Assembly (NCBI GenBank): GCA_024679065.1 | Contig: JAGIQG010000017.1 | Coordinates: forward strand, 27,032,001 to 27,096,000 | Reading direction: 5' to 3' | DNA from: Sphyrna mokarran | Lineage: Eukaryota | DNA length: 64,000 bases | Part shown: positions 63,671-64,000 of the stretch, piece after piece | Layout of the letters: the number at the start of each line of letters is the position of its first letter | How positions within the stretch are numbered: the first letter of the stretch is position 1 | Program-made: the position numbers and the translations under genes | Notes under the pieces: model-generated | The model's database searches: none | What the model was told of the DNA's origin: nothing | Seen by the model: only the letters and a program-made list of their open reading frames with translations

Positions 63671-64000
63671 TGAAATAGGTTTTAAGCAAGTATGGAGGCA
63701 GGTAAAGGAAGGTGGGGGTGAAGAAAGAGCAAAGAGAAAGATCTGCGATAGAGTGGGAGGCTGGAAAGATTAATTGACAAAACAAATGGTGCAAGGCCAA
63801 TGGGTTCCTAATGGGACACATCGAGAGGAGCTGTAAATAAAATCATCACTAACAGTGGCTGCCCGAAAAGACGTTATGATCTGAAATTGTTGTAGAGATG
63901 CTGTTCCTCAAGCTTAGGTTGAACAAGGGACAGAGTCGGAGTGGGATGGGAAATTAAAATGAAAGCTCAGGGTCATGCTTACAGGATGAACAGCAGTTAG
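63671..64000 (-). mobile_element. Degenerate second Penelope-type element (other part at about 62830-62935), split by the CR1 insertion
   Basis: gttagagatgaaa | aggttttaagcaagta continuity, plus gttatgatctgaaattgttg...tgctgttcctc recalled from shark Penelope repeats. Confidence 0.5.

Overview
AT-rich vertebrate genomic DNA, almost certainly a shark: it is packed with HE1-type V-SINEs, Deu-domain (SacSINE1-like) SINEs, CR1 LINE fragments and Penelope elements typical of elasmobranchs. It is not a prokaryotic locus, and nearly all short ORFs in the track are spurious or repeat-derived. The one host gene is TACC2 on the + strand. I traced ten coding exons with consistent splice phases (19008-19126, 19237-19361, 34876-36190, 47710-47770, 48233-48458, 52754-52815, 53100-53215, 56774-56930, 61799-61933, 62102-62191); the C-terminal TACC coiled-coil exons lie beyond the window. 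Most notable: (1) the first coding exon encodes a TACC1-type N-terminus (MAFSPWHILSPVRWVRWTWSAV) joined through a GC-AG intron; (2) a head-to-head inverted Penelope insertion has a target-site duplication (TSD) and a minimal hammerhead-ribozyme motif in each arm; (3) a decayed Gypsy element sits inside a Deu-SINE and contains further insertions; (4) there is a family of Harbinger-like MITEs with 3-bp TSDs; (5) there is an in-frame stop-free intron, a possible decayed 36-nt exon, a perfect 33-bp hairpin and tandem MEF2-consensus sites. Family and protein assignments come from recalled sequences, not database searches, and repeat boundaries are approximate. I found no clearly new multi-gene system.
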